Counted from the stretch's first letter, positions 17,023 to 27,159 are shown. The stretch: 64,000 nucleotides of DNA from Alphaproteobacteria bacterium (GCA_017958225.1 JAGDDD010000003.1:8752-72751); one strand, 5' to 3'. Program-made: numbers and translations. Notes: generated from the sequence alone by a model not told the origin.

Positions 17023-17874
17023 ATGAAACGCTTTATTAGAAATTTCATTTTAATTTTGTTGGCTTTAATCATCATTGCGGTTGTTGCCGTGGTGTTGATG
17101 TTAGACACGTTGATTGTCAAAGGTGTGACGACTTTTGTGCCACCTATTACACAGACATCCGTTGAGTTGGGGGCTGTCCATACGTCCTTGTTAAACGGAA
17201 CGGCGTCTATTCATAATTTCAAATTGGGCAGCCCGAAGGGCTTTCAATCGACCCTGTTTTCTTTGGGCGAAGTTTCGGTGGCTGTAGATTTGAAGTCTTT
17301 GACAACCGATACCATTATTGTCAAAGAAGTTAAAATCTCGGATGTGAGAGCAGCGGTTGAGTTTTCTACACAAGGGACCAACATTGGTGCGTTGTTGAAA
17401 AATCTGGAAGCGGCGACTGCGTCGGCAAATAAAAAGCCGGCTCAGACCACCAAGACAGAGCCTGCCCAAAAAGGCGCGTCCAAAAAAGTTATCATCAAAA
17501 AGATTATTTTTGAGCGCGGCACTTTGACGGTGGCTGCCTATGGTAACGAAATAGATGTGCCTCTGCCCAATGTGACTATGACAGATATCGGTGCCGACAA
17601 GAAGGAGAGCAAGAACGCTGTTCAAATCTTTGCTGAGGTTGTCACGCGTTACAGCAAAGCGGTCTTAAATGTCGCGACAACAGCTGCCACCAACATTGTA
17701 AAAGGCGGTACAGAACTGATTGGCAAAGGCCTGGAACAAGCCCAACAAGGCGTGGCCAAAGGCTTGGGTAAAGCGCAAGAAGGTGTTGCCAAAGGTTTGA
17801 ACAAAGCCCAGCAGGGTGTATCTAAAGGATTGGGTGCCGTGACCGATACGGTCAATTCCCTGTTTTCAAAATAA
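17023..17874 (+). CDS. N-terminally anchored hypothetical protein (AsmA/DUF748-like) with a C-terminal 11-residue repeat tail
   Basis: 283 aa with a strong SD (GGAGA). It has a TM anchor (ILILLALIIIAVVAVVLML) followed by a beta-rich region. The C-terminus holds the repeats KGLEQAQQGVA/KGLGKAQEGVA/KGLNKAQQGVS. Confidence 0.6.
   Translation: MKRFIRNFILILLALIIIAVVAVVLMLDTLIVKGVTTFVPPITQTSVELGAVHTSLLNGTASIHNFKLGSPKGFQSTLFSLGEVSVAVDLKSLTTDTIIVKEVKISDVRAAVEFSTQGTNIGALLKNLEAATASANKKPAQTTKTEPAQKGASKKVIIKKIIFERGTLTVAAYGNEIDVPLPNVTMTDIGADKKESKNAVQIFAEVVTRYSKAVLNVATTAATNIVKGGTELIGKGLEQAQQGVAKGLGKAQEGVAKGLNKAQQGVSKGLGAVTDTVNSLFSK
17724..17836 (+). repeat. three tandem 33-nt coding repeats (11-aa periodicity)
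   Basis: The sequence ggcctggaacaagcccaacaaggcgtggccaaa / ggcttgggtaaagcgcaagaaggtgttgccaaa / ggtttgaacaaagcccagcagggtgtatctaaa was read directly. Confidence 0.6.
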
Positions 17875-17899
17875 ATTATATACATATGCACAATCCTTG

Positions 17900-17946
17900 A
17901 CTTCTCCTTTTGTCCTTTCTACCTTGACAGAAGGAGAAGTTTTTTA
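17900..17946 (+). terminator. rho-independent terminator candidate
   Basis: ACTTCTCCTT, a 21-nt loop, then AAGGAGAAGT followed by TTTTT. The loop contains TTGACA. Confidence 0.55.
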
Positions 17947-17960
17947 TAGGAGAAGTTGCT

Positions 17961-18575
17961 ATGAAAATTGTCATCGGGCAGAAAAATGCAGAGTTGATGC
18001 ACCTGTTAAAACATGCCTGGTTGTCCTTGTATCCCGAGACAGAAATCACGGCCTGTGATACTTGGGATTGCACAGTGCTTGATTTATTGAAAACGCAAAG
18101 CGTGCAGTTTGTGTTTTTAGATCTAGCCTTGTGCGACCTTCATGGTATTGAGCGCATAGAAGAATTGTTAGGGGTTTTGCCCAAAACACACTTGATTGTA
18201 ACAGCCGATCATTTGCCGGCCCGCGTGTTGCGAAAACTATATGCCGGCGGGTTGAGCGGTTTTATTCAGCACAAAGAAATGTATGATGGCTTGCGCGAGA
18301 TTTTAGCGCTGATTGCTGTGCGCGGTCTGTATGTTTCTCCGGCGCTGTTACAGGCGGATGAAAATCTGTCGTTAGCGCGTTGTGAGTTGCTTTCCCGACG
18401 ACAAAAACAGGTGCTGGGTTACTTAAAAGACGGGTTGTCCAACAAGCAAATTGCCGCCAAAATCGGTATCACCGAGCCGACCGTTAAACTGCACATTCAC
18501 GGGCTTTTCCATAAACTGCGCGCCACGAACAGAACGCAGATTATTATTAAAGCGCAACAGTTAGGTATTCTTTGA
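17961..18575 (+). CDS. LuxR/NarL-family response regulator with an atypical receiver domain
   Basis: The C-terminal HTH is [43 protein letters not shown]. The receiver-like N-terminus keeps Asp (FLDLAL), Thr (IVTAD) and Lys (IQHK). It has GQ where the acidic DD pair normally sits (IVIGQKN). Confidence 0.8.
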   Translation: MKIVIGQKNAELMHLLKHAWLSLYPETEITACDTWDCTVLDLLKTQSVQFVFLDLALCDLHGIERIEELLGVLPKTHLIVTADHLPARVLRKLYAGGLSGFIQHKEMYDGLREILALIAVRGLYVSPALLQADENLSLARCELLSRRQKQVLGYLKDGLSNKQIAAKIGITEPTVKLHIHGLFHKLRATNRTQIIIKAQQLGIL

Positions 18576-20486
18576 CACTTTCTTTTTGCGTGGCGTCGGC
18601 TTTTTGACAGCTGGCTTTTTGCCGGCTTTGACCGTCGGCACAGATACGCGCGGTGCCAAAGGTTTCGTCAGTTTCTTTTCCGGACGTTTGCCCTGTAACA
18701 ACTGCGTAATATCTTCCCCGTCCAAAGTTTCAAACTCAATCAGGGCTTGCGCCAAAATCTCTAACTCTTGGTGATAAATCGTGAGCACTTGCTTTGTTTG
18801 CGCATAGGCCGCGTCAATGATTTTGCGGATTTCGTTATCCACTTCTGTGGCGGTCTTTTCAGACATTTGCTTGCGGCGCGTGATAGAGTGGCCCAAGAAA
18901 ACTTCGTTTTCCGGCTCTTCATAGGCGACCGTGCCCATTTTTTCGCTCATCCCCCATTCGGTTACCATACGACGTGCAATCGAGGTGGCGACTTGAATAT
19001 CATTAGACGCACCGGTGGAAATGTTGTCTTTGCCAAAAATCAACTCTTCGGCCATACGTCCGCCAAACAAGATGGACAAGCGGGTTTTCAAATAGGTCAA
19101 AGACTGTGAGTATTTATCCTTTTCCGGCAGTTGCATTGTCAAGCCCAAGGCTCGCCCGCGTGGGATAATGGTTACTTTATGTAACGGATCGCTCTCTGGC
19201 AGATGTAAAGAACAAATTGCGTGGCCGGCTTCGTGATAAGCGGTCATTTTCTTTTCTTTTTCATCCATCACGATGGAGCGTCTTTCCGTTCCCATCAGCA
19301 CTTTGTCTTTAGCGTCTTCCAAGTCGGTCATGGTAACTTTGAACTTGTTGCGACGCGCTGCCAGCAAAGCCGCTTCGTTGATTAGGTTGGCTAAATCAGC
19401 ACCAGAAAAACCAGGTGTGCCTCGCGCCAATGTGTGAATATTGACATCCGGTGCTTGCGGCACTTTTTTAATATGCACCGCCAAAATCTCTTCACGTCCT
19501 TTGACATCGGGGTTAGGCACGGTAACTTGACGGTCAAAGCGTCCGGGGCGCAGCAAAGCTGGATCCAAAACGTCCGGTCGGTTGGTCGCAGCCAATAAAA
19601 TAATGCCCGAATTCGTCTCAAAACCATCCATTTCAACCAACAACTGATTGAGTGTTTGTTCGCGCTCGTCGTTACCGCCGCCTAAGCCGGCCCCACGTTG
19701 GCGACCTACCGCGTCGATTTCATCCACGAATAAAATACAAGGCGCGTTTTTCTTGGCTTCCTCAAACATATCACGCACGCGGGAAGCACCAACGCCGACG
19801 AACATTTCTACAAAGTCAGAGCCGGAAATGGTAAAGAAAGGCACATTGGCTTCGCCGGCAATGGCGCGCGCCAACAAAGTTTTACCCGTTCCCGGCGGGC
19901 CGACAAGCAAAACACCTTTGGGGATTTTGCCGCCCAGTCGTTGAAACTTGGCCGGCTCTTTCAAAAACTCAACCACTTCCTGTAATTCTTGTTTTGCCTC
20001 GTCAATACCGGCCACATCCGCAAAAGTAACTTTGCCTTGATTTGTCAATAAACGTGCCCGCGATTTGCCGAAACTGAGCGCTTTTCCACTGCTGTTCATC
20101 ATCTGTCGCATAAAAATAATAAAGATAACCACAAAAAGGATGGTCGGGCCATAGGCGATTAAAAGGTCTTTGAGAGAAACAGATTCCGTGTCGGCCGGAT
20201 AGGCGGTGACCTGGACCTTTTCCTGCACCAAGGTATCCAGCACCGATGTGGTGGGAATATAACTGGAGAAAGTGGAACCATCCGTCAAAGTGCCGGTCAG
20301 CATATGGTCATGTAATTCGGCCGATTGAATCTTTTTGGCATGCGCCAAATCTATGACTTCCGAAAAGCCGCGGACATTGTCCTGGGTGGCTTCTTCCGGC
20401 TTGATAAACAGACTGGAAATCAAGGTGATTCCGACAAAAATCATCAGCCAAACAAATACGGCGGGTATATTTCTAGTTTTCTTCAT
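18561..20486 (-). CDS. ftsH: ATP-dependent zinc metalloprotease FtsH
   Basis: 641 aa. Walker A is [11 protein letters not shown] and Walker B is ILFVDEIDA. The SRH is present, and the zinc motif is HEAGHA. Confidence 0.97.
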   Translation of the reverse strand: MKKTRNIPAVFVWLMIFVGITLISSLFIKPEEATQDNVRGFSEVIDLAHAKKIQSAELHDHMLTGTLTDGSTFSSYIPTTSVLDTLVQEKVQVTAYPADTESVSLKDLLIAYGPTILFVVIFIIFMRQMMNSSGKALSFGKSRARLLTNQGKVTFADVAGIDEAKQELQEVVEFLKEPAKFQRLGGKIPKGVLLVGPPGTGKTLLARAIAGEANVPFFTISGSDFVEMFVGVGASRVRDMFEEAKKNAPCILFVDEIDAVGRQRGAGLGGGNDEREQTLNQLLVEMDGFETNSGIILLAATNRPDVLDPALLRPGRFDRQVTVPNPDVKGREEILAVHIKKVPQAPDVNIHTLARGTPGFSGADLANLINEAALLAARRNKFKVTMTDLEDAKDKVLMGTERRSIVMDEKEKKMTAYHEAGHAICSLHLPESDPLHKVTIIPRGRALGLTMQLPEKDKYSQSLTYLKTRLSILFGGRMAEELIFGKDNISTGASNDIQVATSIARRMVTEWGMSEKMGTVAYEEPENEVFLGHSITRRKQMSEKTATEVDNEIRKIIDAAYAQTKQVLTIYHQELEILAQALIEFETLDGEDITQLLQGKRPEKKLTKPLAPRVSVPTVKAGKKPAVKKPTPRKKKVSKNT

Positions 20487-21699
20487 GTTTTCCTCTTTGC
20501 TTTATCGTGCATTTGATATGGGCTTTTTCTGCATAAAAATCAAGATGTGGCACATACAAAAGTTTATGTTGTTTTGAAAACACGGCCGGCAGGGTTTTTT
20601 TGACAAAGGCGGGCATATTCTTCACTTTTAAGCGATTGCCCAATGGGCCGATGATTACGTCTTGATCTGCTTTGACCGTAAAGTTGTTCCACTCTGTCGG
20701 TTTGTTTTTCAGCACATGTTTTTCGGCTGACATTTTAGCCAATTCGGGCGCAATATACAAGCCTTGTTGATACAGGCCGACCTGACAGCGTCCCAGCGTG
20801 GTATAGCGCGTCAGTTTCGTCAATAGGTTTTCCGCTTGATCTAATCCAATGACCATGCCGCCGATGTCTTCAATGGCACGAATAAGCACGCGCAACTTGA
20901 TTTCCTCTGTCATAGCGTCAAATGCAACTTTGTCAATACACATAAAACCGCCCGGATGTTTATGCGCATGCGCCTTCATAAAAGACGTTGTCAGGCTGTC
21001 CAGGCAATCGCGCACGCGTTGTAACCGTCCGGCCGACAAAGAAATAAAGTGCGGGGTTAGGCCTAACGCAGACAAGGTATCTTGGGCTTGGCGCAAGCGC
21101 ACGCGCTCATATTGTGTATCCCGATTAGACGGATCTTCAATCCAGGCTTGATGAAAAGTATTTTTTAAGGTGGCACATAATTGCTGATGAGAATAAGTCA
21201 GCAGAGGGCGCACCAGGCGAATTTGTCCCAATTGGCTGACAGGGCGCATCGCGCACAGGCCATCGACGCCACTGCCGCGCGCTAATCTCAACAAGAAAGT
21301 TTCGGCTTGATCTTCCAGGTTATGCGCAATAAGCAATGTGCCGATGTTGTGTTGTAAGCACCAATCAGTCAGCGCCTGATAGCGGGCTTGCCGCGCACGT
21401 TCTTCTTTGCGTGTTTTCGTGGGCGTGCCTGAAAAGGTCAGTGTGTGATGTTCTATGCCATATTTGGCTAGCCACTTGCCGACTTGGGCGGCCTCTTTGG
21501 CCGATTCGGGACGCCATTTATGGTCAAAAGTCAAAGCCACGCAGGGAATATGATGTTTTTGTGCCCATGTGTGTGTCAGCAAGGCCAGACATAAACTATC
21601 CGCGCCACCCGATACCGCCATTGCCACAGGCTCCGTGCGGCCACATAATCTATCCAATGTAGCGCAAAGAGCAGCAGGAGAAAGAGGGGTCACGGACAT
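20473..21699 (-). CDS. tilS: tRNA(Ile)-lysidine synthase
   Basis: 408 aa with the PP-loop SGGADS ([14 protein letters not shown]). It has the typical position upstream of ftsH, overlapping it by 14 nt. Confidence 0.9.
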   Translation of the reverse strand: MSVTPLSPAALCATLDRLCGRTEPVAMAVSGGADSLCLALLTHTWAQKHHIPCVALTFDHKWRPESAKEAAQVGKWLAKYGIEHHTLTFSGTPTKTRKEERARQARYQALTDWCLQHNIGTLLIAHNLEDQAETFLLRLARGSGVDGLCAMRPVSQLGQIRLVRPLLTYSHQQLCATLKNTFHQAWIEDPSNRDTQYERVRLRQAQDTLSALGLTPHFISLSAGRLQRVRDCLDSLTTSFMKAHAHKHPGGFMCIDKVAFDAMTEEIKLRVLIRAIEDIGGMVIGLDQAENLLTKLTRYTTLGRCQVGLYQQGLYIAPELAKMSAEKHVLKNKPTEWNNFTVKADQDVIIGPLGNRLKVKNMPAFVKKTLPAVFSKQHKLLYVPHLDFYAEKAHIKCTIKQRGKHEEN

Positions 21700-22502
21700 G
21701 ATAACGTCTTTGCCTCGTTGGCCGCTTTTTCCAGCAAAGCCTTGTCAGCTTTGGGGTAGGTTGTGGGGAGAGAGGCCAAGGCTGTGCAGGCTTCTTCCTT
21801 GGAGGAGGACTGTTTTAAGGACAGGCCTAATTTTAACAGGCAATCCGGCGCTTTCGTGCTGTCGGCGTATTTTTTAACACAGGCGGCAAAAGCGGCGGTG
21901 GCGTCTTCGTATTTTTGGCGTGCATAGAAAGTTTCGCCCAACCAATATTGCGCATTGCCGGCCAAAGCATCTTGCTCATAAGTGGCCAGGAATTGTTCCA
22001 GTAAAGCTTGCGCCTGTTCATAATTTTTGCTCTGCAGAGCGGTTTGCACTTCATCATACAGGTTTTGAGGCGTTGGCAGCGCTTTGGGTTGCCCTTCATA
22101 CAATTTGCGCAAGTCAGCGATTTGTTGTTCTTGCAGGGCCAGTTTTTTTTCGGTCTCTTCAAAGCGAATTTGAATATCGGCGCGCAAACTGGTGAGTTGC
22201 TCGTTGATTTTTTCAATATCGTGGGTCAAGCCTTCATGCTGTTGCGTCAAGGCCTGCGCTTGTTCTTCGATTTGCGCAATTTTGGTATATAGATGTTCCA
22301 CAGAGCCCGTCACAAAATGTTCTTTGCTCGGCGCGCTGTCATCTGTCGATGTTTGGTAAATCTTGCGCTGCAATAAGGTCAAGTCGCGTTCCAGACGGTC
22401 CAAACGATCCATTAAGGCGCTGGTTTCGGAATCCATAAAAGCGAAACCGGGAAACGCTATACATAGGCCGAGCAAAAGAAAGAATAATCTAATCATAAGC
22501 AC
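21690..22502 (-). CDS. cpoB: Tol-Pal system protein CpoB/YbgF
   Basis: 270 aa with a signal peptide, an N-terminal coiled coil (LMDRLDRLERDLTLLQRKIY) and a C-terminal TPR region (AGNAQYWLGETFYARQKYEDA). It lies downstream of pal. Confidence 0.8.
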   Translation of the reverse strand: MLMIRLFFLLLGLCIAFPGFAFMDSETSALMDRLDRLERDLTLLQRKIYQTSTDDSAPSKEHFVTGSVEHLYTKIAQIEEQAQALTQQHEGLTHDIEKINEQLTSLRADIQIRFEETEKKLALQEQQIADLRKLYEGQPKALPTPQNLYDEVQTALQSKNYEQAQALLEQFLATYEQDALAGNAQYWLGETFYARQKYEDATAAFAACVKKYADSTKAPDCLLKLGLSLKQSSSKEEACTALASLPTTYPKADKALLEKAANEAKTLSCP

Positions 22503-22522
22503 TTGTTCGATAAAACAGAACT

Positions 22523-23017
22523 TTAATAGGCAATCGTAACGCCGCGGCGGTTCTTACTCCATGCCAATTCTGTCGAGCCCAACACTTCCGGACGTTCTTT
22601 ACCGTAAGAGATGATGCGAATCCGTGAAGAGGCAATGCCATTGGCCACGAAGTAGTCGCGAATCGTGGAGGCTCTGCGTTCGCCCAGTGCCAAGTTGTAT
22701 TCGCGTGTGCCACGTTCGTCGCAGTGACCTTCAATGACAATTTTGGCCGCCGGATTGGCCTGGAACCAAGCAATTTGATCGTTGAGCACGGACAGGGCTT
22801 CCGGCTCCAAGAACGCGCTGTTGAGTTGGAAATAAACTATCGGTTGCGTCGTCTTTTTGAATTGTGCGCCCAACTGGGTTTCTTGTAAGTCTGTTATATC
22901 CACATCACGCCATTGAGCATCGGATAACACTTCGGATTCAGACCCGCTGTCTTTGCTGGAGGTTGCGCAGGATGTCAGTAAAGCGGCGCAAAAAAGTAAA
23001 ACTACAGATTTTTTCAT
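22523..23017 (-). CDS. pal: peptidoglycan-associated lipoprotein Pal (OmpA-like)
   Basis: 164 aa with the lipobox LLTSC. The OmpA-C motifs are IVIEGHCDERGTREYNLALGERRA. Confidence 0.92.
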   Translation of the reverse strand: MKKSVVLLFCAALLTSCATSSKDSGSESEVLSDAQWRDVDITDLQETQLGAQFKKTTQPIVYFQLNSAFLEPEALSVLNDQIAWFQANPAAKIVIEGHCDERGTREYNLALGERRASTIRDYFVANGIASSRIRIISYGKERPEVLGSTELAWSKNRRGVTIAY

Positions 23018-23103
23018 AACAGACCCCTTCTTTTTATAAAAGTATAAATAAACCCACTTAAAGTATGCATACGCTTACAGAAAGTGGGTTTTGTTTTGAA
23101 CGA

Positions 23104-23226
23104 TTATTTGTTCTCGGCAGGCAATCTTTCTGCAGCTGTCGAACGTGTCGTTGTTTTCTCTTCTGAGCAGCAGCAAGCTGTCAAGACTGTTCCAACAACC
23201 AACAAGGCAAATAAGAATTTTTTCAT
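23104..23226 (-). CDS. small lipoprotein (40 aa), absent from the ORF track
   Basis: The minus strand reads AAGGAG, 7 nt, then ATG. The translation is MKKFLFALLVVGTVLTACCCSEEKTTTRSTAAERLPAENK, with lipobox LTAC. A hairpin lies downstream at 23051-23090. Confidence 0.5.
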   Translation of the reverse strand: MKKFLFALLVVGTVLTACCCSEEKTTTRSTAAERLPAENK

Positions 23227-23265
23227 AAGTTTCTCCTTTTTAGTTAGTTACAAGATGAGTATAGT

Positions 23266-23802
23266 TTATTTTTCTTCAGAAGGCAAGGATTCTTTTTCAG
23301 ATTCTTCCACGACAGGTGTTTCTGCCGGGGCTTCAATCGTGATTTCCTCTGTTTCGACCTCTTCCACAACGGGCTCTGTTTTAGCAACGACCGTTTCTGT
23401 GACAACTTTGGTAACTTCCGCTGTATCGGTTGTTTCTGTTGTTACAGTTGTGTAAGAAGCTTCGGAGACCACAGCCGCATCTTTTGTCCGGACGTCTACG
23501 ACAGGATATTCATCGGAATCCAACATTTCGCTGGCACCTTCCACACGAGGGATCACCAATGCGCCACCTTCTTGTGTTTCTGTAATATACACAGTTTTTG
23601 GTTGCGAATCGATTTTCGCTTGTGTTTCTTCCACGCAGGCACGATATCCGGCATGTTGATAGGCTGTCTTCATCGGCTGGCAACCTTCAACGGCTTGTTT
23701 ATCTCTGCGCACTGCCAAGATGTCTTTTTCCTGGTCAATCGTGGAATAGCAGGCTGTTACCATAACGGATAAAGCAGTCAATAAAAGTAAATTCTTTTTC
23801 AT
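23266..23802 (-). CDS. lipoprotein with an acidic Thr/Glu/Val-rich C-terminal tail
   Basis: 178 aa. The signal and lipobox are MKKNLLLLTALSVMVTAC. The tail TTVTTETTDTAEVTKVVTETVVAKTEPVVEEVETEE is low complexity. Confidence 0.7.
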   Translation of the reverse strand: MKKNLLLLTALSVMVTACYSTIDQEKDILAVRRDKQAVEGCQPMKTAYQHAGYRACVEETQAKIDSQPKTVYITETQEGGALVIPRVEGASEMLDSDEYPVVDVRTKDAAVVSEASYTTVTTETTDTAEVTKVVTETVVAKTEPVVEEVETEEITIEAPAETPVVEESEKESLPSEEK

Positions 23803-23907
23803 AGAAATGCCCCATTTGTTTAGTTATAACTCATCTCTTTGTGTAGTCTAAAAGACTATTTATTAATTTTTACTTAATTTTTTAAAAATCTTTTGATTTC
23901 TTTTCCT

Positions 23908-25200
23908 TTAATGTAAAGAGCCCGACCAGTTCGGATCAGACGCATTGAGCGGTGTTTTGATGCGTCGTTCGTTGTGGCCTGTCACATTGATGGTGTAAAT
24001 GCCTGTTTCTCCGTCATCCGCATAGGCGGAAGAGGGGGTCTGTCTAAAATACATAATGGCGCGTCCGTTGGGTGCCCAAGAAGGGCCTTCCACCAAAAAG
24101 CCTTTGGCAATCAAGCGCTCGCCCGAACCGTCCGTTCTCATCACGCCGATATAAAAGGTGCCATCCTGGATTTTGGTAAAGGCGATATAATCTCCGCGCG
24201 GCGACCACACCGGTGTGGCATAGTTGCCCTTTTCTCCGAAGCTGATACGTTTGGCGTTTTCTCCGTTGGCGTCCATCACATACAGTTGCTGACGACCCGA
24301 ACGGTCCGAGCTAAACACAATTTTCTTGCCGTCCGGCGAAAAACACGGCGAAGTGTCAATCGCCGAGTGCGTTGTCAGGCGTGTTTGCTGTCCGCTTTCC
24401 AGGTTATACAGATAAATATCCGAATTGCCACGTTTGGCCTGTGTCAAAAGCAAAGACTTGCCGTCGGGCGAAAAACGAGGCGCAAAGGTCATCCCTTCAA
24501 AATCGCCCAACAAGCGCTCTGTTTTGGTGGCCAGATCCATCAAATAAATGCGTGGTTTTCCCTTTTTGTAAGACAGGTAGGCCAGCGAGGTCATGTCCGG
24601 CGATACACGTGGTGTAATGACAACCGAACTGCCGTCTGTCAGATATTGTGCATGCTCTCCGTCCAGATCCATTACAGCCAGGCGTTTGATGCGTTTTTTG
24701 GCCGGTCCGCTTTCGGCCACATAAAAGATACGCGTATCAAAATAGCCCTTTTCGCCGGTAATGGCTTGATAAATCAAATCCGAGATAATATGCGCGCCAT
24801 GACGAATATTGTGCTCGTCCGTCGTCAAAACTTTGGCTGTTTTTTCCTGTTCGGCAAAGATATCCCACATACGGAAAGTGATTTGCCATTTGTCATCTTG
24901 GCGGGTCAGGGTGCCTTGGACCAAGGCTTGCGTTTGTATGGCTTGCCAATTGACAAAGGCCGGCACGGTATCCACGCCGCGTGCTTCCTCTAAAAAGGCG
25001 GTTTCCGGCACAATCTGGAACAGGCCCGAACTTTCCAAATCTTTGGCAATAATGTCGGCAATCGTGTTGTTTTCGCCCGTAAAAGCGGTAATAGCGATGG
25101 GAATCGGGTTGGTTTGCGCGCCTGACACATCAACGGACAAGGCGGCTTGGGCGACACTGGCCCACAATAAACTGATGAAAAGAGCCACGATTTTTTTCAT
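23908..25200 (-). CDS. tolB: Tol-Pal system beta-propeller protein TolB
   Basis: 430 aa with a signal peptide and repeated PxFSPDG/WSP blades (PRFSPDGKSL, PCFSPDGKKI, PVWSPRGDYI, PSWAPNGRAI). Confidence 0.95.
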   Translation of the reverse strand: MKKIVALFISLLWASVAQAALSVDVSGAQTNPIPIAITAFTGENNTIADIIAKDLESSGLFQIVPETAFLEEARGVDTVPAFVNWQAIQTQALVQGTLTRQDDKWQITFRMWDIFAEQEKTAKVLTTDEHNIRHGAHIISDLIYQAITGEKGYFDTRIFYVAESGPAKKRIKRLAVMDLDGEHAQYLTDGSSVVITPRVSPDMTSLAYLSYKKGKPRIYLMDLATKTERLLGDFEGMTFAPRFSPDGKSLLLTQAKRGNSDIYLYNLESGQQTRLTTHSAIDTSPCFSPDGKKIVFSSDRSGRQQLYVMDANGENAKRISFGEKGNYATPVWSPRGDYIAFTKIQDGTFYIGVMRTDGSGERLIAKGFLVEGPSWAPNGRAIMYFRQTPSSAYADDGETGIYTINVTGHNERRIKTPLNASDPNWSGSLH

Positions 25201-26010
25201 CTAAAACACACTTTCAGTTAAAGGGTTAAAGTGTAAAATAATTTCTTTCCACGAAGTGTAATCGTCGGCATGGTTGCGCGCCAATAACCGAAACGGCGAA
25301 TCTTCTCCGCGCTTATCACAAATATAAATAGCGCGCCGAGCGCTGTCGGCCACCGAGCGGAAAATGCGGTTGCTTTGATACAGGTCTTGATCCAGGATAT
25401 CCACATTGGTTACTTGCCCTTGGATGTTCAAGCTGACACGAATTTGAATATGCAGGTTTTCCAGGCCTTCGGCACTGGCATCCACGTTCCACACCTGCCT
25501 CAATTCGGACGAAATCAGGTCAATTTCCGTACAGGTCAAATGCTCGGACAACGAGCGGTCGGCCTGCGTGTTTTCGGTGGCTTTTGGGGCGGTGCTGGGT
25601 GCCTTGGTCGTTCTTTTTTCAATATTATTGAGCAGGCTTTGCAATTGTTTTTGTTGTGCCTGCACATCCGGCGTCGGCTGCGTCGGTTTGGGTTGTACTT
25701 CTGGCTTGGTTTGAACAGGCGCGGCCTGTTTAGGCACAGGTTTCGGCTCGGGCGCCGGTTTAGGTGTCTGTTTTTGCGCAGGCGCTTTCGGGGGCGTTTT
25801 GGGCTGCACTTGTGTGGGCTTTGGCGCCGGTTTTTGCGCTTTGGTCGGCAGGTTTGTCTTGTCCGCCAGTTTCATTTTTTGCAGGTCGATCATGACGGTA
25901 ACCGGTTGCGTTCTAGGCGCCGACGCGCGATAAAAGGACGGCGACAGGCACAGCAAAAGCAACAAAAATATATGCAACAGGACAGAAGATAAACAGGCAG
26001 AGTAGGGCAT
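25201..26010 (-). CDS. tolA: TolA-like protein
   Basis: 269 aa with an N-terminal TM helix and a long Pro/Lys/Gln-rich spacer (KPAPKPTQVQPKTPPKAPAQKQTPKPAPEPKP). A C-terminal globular domain follows. It sits between tolR and tolB. Confidence 0.7.
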   Translation of the reverse strand: MPYSACLSSVLLHIFLLLLLCLSPSFYRASAPRTQPVTVMIDLQKMKLADKTNLPTKAQKPAPKPTQVQPKTPPKAPAQKQTPKPAPEPKPVPKQAAPVQTKPEVQPKPTQPTPDVQAQQKQLQSLLNNIEKRTTKAPSTAPKATENTQADRSLSEHLTCTEIDLISSELRQVWNVDASAEGLENLHIQIRVSLNIQGQVTNVDILDQDLYQSNRIFRSVADSARRAIYICDKRGEDSPFRLLARNHADDYTSWKEIILHFNPLTESVF

Positions 26011-26012
26011 TT

Positions 26013-26447
26013 TTACTTCCTTGTTTTTTTCGTCCGAGAACTGACAACCTCAACATCCGTTTTTAAGCCGACTTGTGTGTAACCCGCTTGGCGTAACAGG
26101 GCCATCACTTCCACCACTGTGCCATAGGCGGCGGTCTTGTCGGCGCTAATCATAATCTGAATCTTTGGGTTTTGCTCAGTAATCGCTTGAATCTTGGGTA
26201 GTAACTGATCCATGGTCAATTTTATCTTGCCGACATAAATCTCGCCTTTGGCATTGATGCTGATATCCAAGGTTTTGTCTTGGCCTTGGATCTGTCGCCC
26301 GTCACCTTTGGGCAAATTCAAAGGAATACCCGTTGTCAATAAAGGTGCCGTAATCATAAAAATCGCCAACAGGGACATCATGACGTCGATTAGGGGCGTC
26401 AGATTGACCTCGGCAGTGATACGACGATGACGGGAACGACCGAGCAT
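26013..26447 (-). CDS. tolR: TolR (ExbD/TolR family)
   Basis: 144 aa. EVNLTPLIDVMMSLLAIFMITAPL is the family signature. Confidence 0.88.
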   Translation of the reverse strand: MLGRSRHRRITAEVNLTPLIDVMMSLLAIFMITAPLLTTGIPLNLPKGDGRQIQGQDKTLDISINAKGEIYVGKIKLTMDQLLPKIQAITEQNPKIQIMISADKTAAYGTVVEVMALLRQAGYTQVGLKTDVEVVSSRTKKTRK

Positions 26448-27142
26448 TACGCCTCCTCATTATTGTCCAGTTGGCGCGAAATAATGGTGGATAACTCTTC
26501 CGAGAAGGTTTCCATTTGGTTGGTAAAGCGGTTGATGTCGTTGGCAAACTTGTTATAAGCAATCAGCGCGGGAATCGCGGTAATCAGACCCACAGCCGTT
26601 GTCAGCAAGGCTTCGGCCACACCCGGCGCCACAGCGGTAATGTTGGTGTTTTGAACCAAAGCAATTGAGTTAAAACTGTCCATGATGCCCCAGACGGTGC
26701 CAAATAAGCCCAACAACGGCGCCACCGATCCGGTCGAGGCTAAGAAAATCATATGTGTTTCCAGGCGATCTACCTCTTTATCAATGGTAATGTGCATCAT
26801 CTTTTCTATGCGTTCGGGCAAGTTGATGCCGCGCGCTTTGGATGTTTGCGGTTCGCGCTTGAGTTCCTTCATGGCGGCGACAAAAATAGCTGCTAACGGA
26901 TTTTTGGGCTTTTTCTCCTGCGCCATATAGATTTCTTCCAGGGAGTCACTGGACCAAAACTGTTTTTCAAACGAGTTGATTTTAAAACGGGTCAGTTTGA
27001 AAGTTTTGACTTTGTTAAAGATGATAGCCCACGACCATACGGACGCGAGTAACAGCCCACACATCAAAAGTTTCATAAAAAAGTCTGCGTGGGTGAACAT
27101 GCCCCACAAAGACATTGTGGCCCGAAGAGTTGTAGGTTCCAT
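26447..27142 (-). CDS. tolQ: TolQ (MotA/TolQ/ExbB family)
   Basis: 231 aa with three TM helices. The conserved block is LASTGSVAPLLGLFGTVWGIM...AVAPGVAEALLTTAVGL. Confidence 0.9.
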   Translation of the reverse strand: MEPTTLRATMSLWGMFTHADFFMKLLMCGLLLASVWSWAIIFNKVKTFKLTRFKINSFEKQFWSSDSLEEIYMAQEKKPKNPLAAIFVAAMKELKREPQTSKARGINLPERIEKMMHITIDKEVDRLETHMIFLASTGSVAPLLGLFGTVWGIMDSFNSIALVQNTNITAVAPGVAEALLTTAVGLITAIPALIAYNKFANDINRFTNQMETFSEELSTIISRQLDNNEEA

Positions 27143-27159
27143 CGTTTCTCTCCCGTTTG

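Noticed and set aside
23084-23455. 123-aa ORF on the + strand
   Set aside because: It is antisense to two lipoprotein genes that have lipoboxes and strong SDs. The translation is a Ser/Val/Thr low-complexity mirror of the acidic tail.
23974-24993. 339-aa ORF on the + strand
   Set aside because: It is antisense to tolB, whose beta-propeller repeats are clear. The composition is Arg/Gly/His-rich, typical of a reverse-frame artefact.
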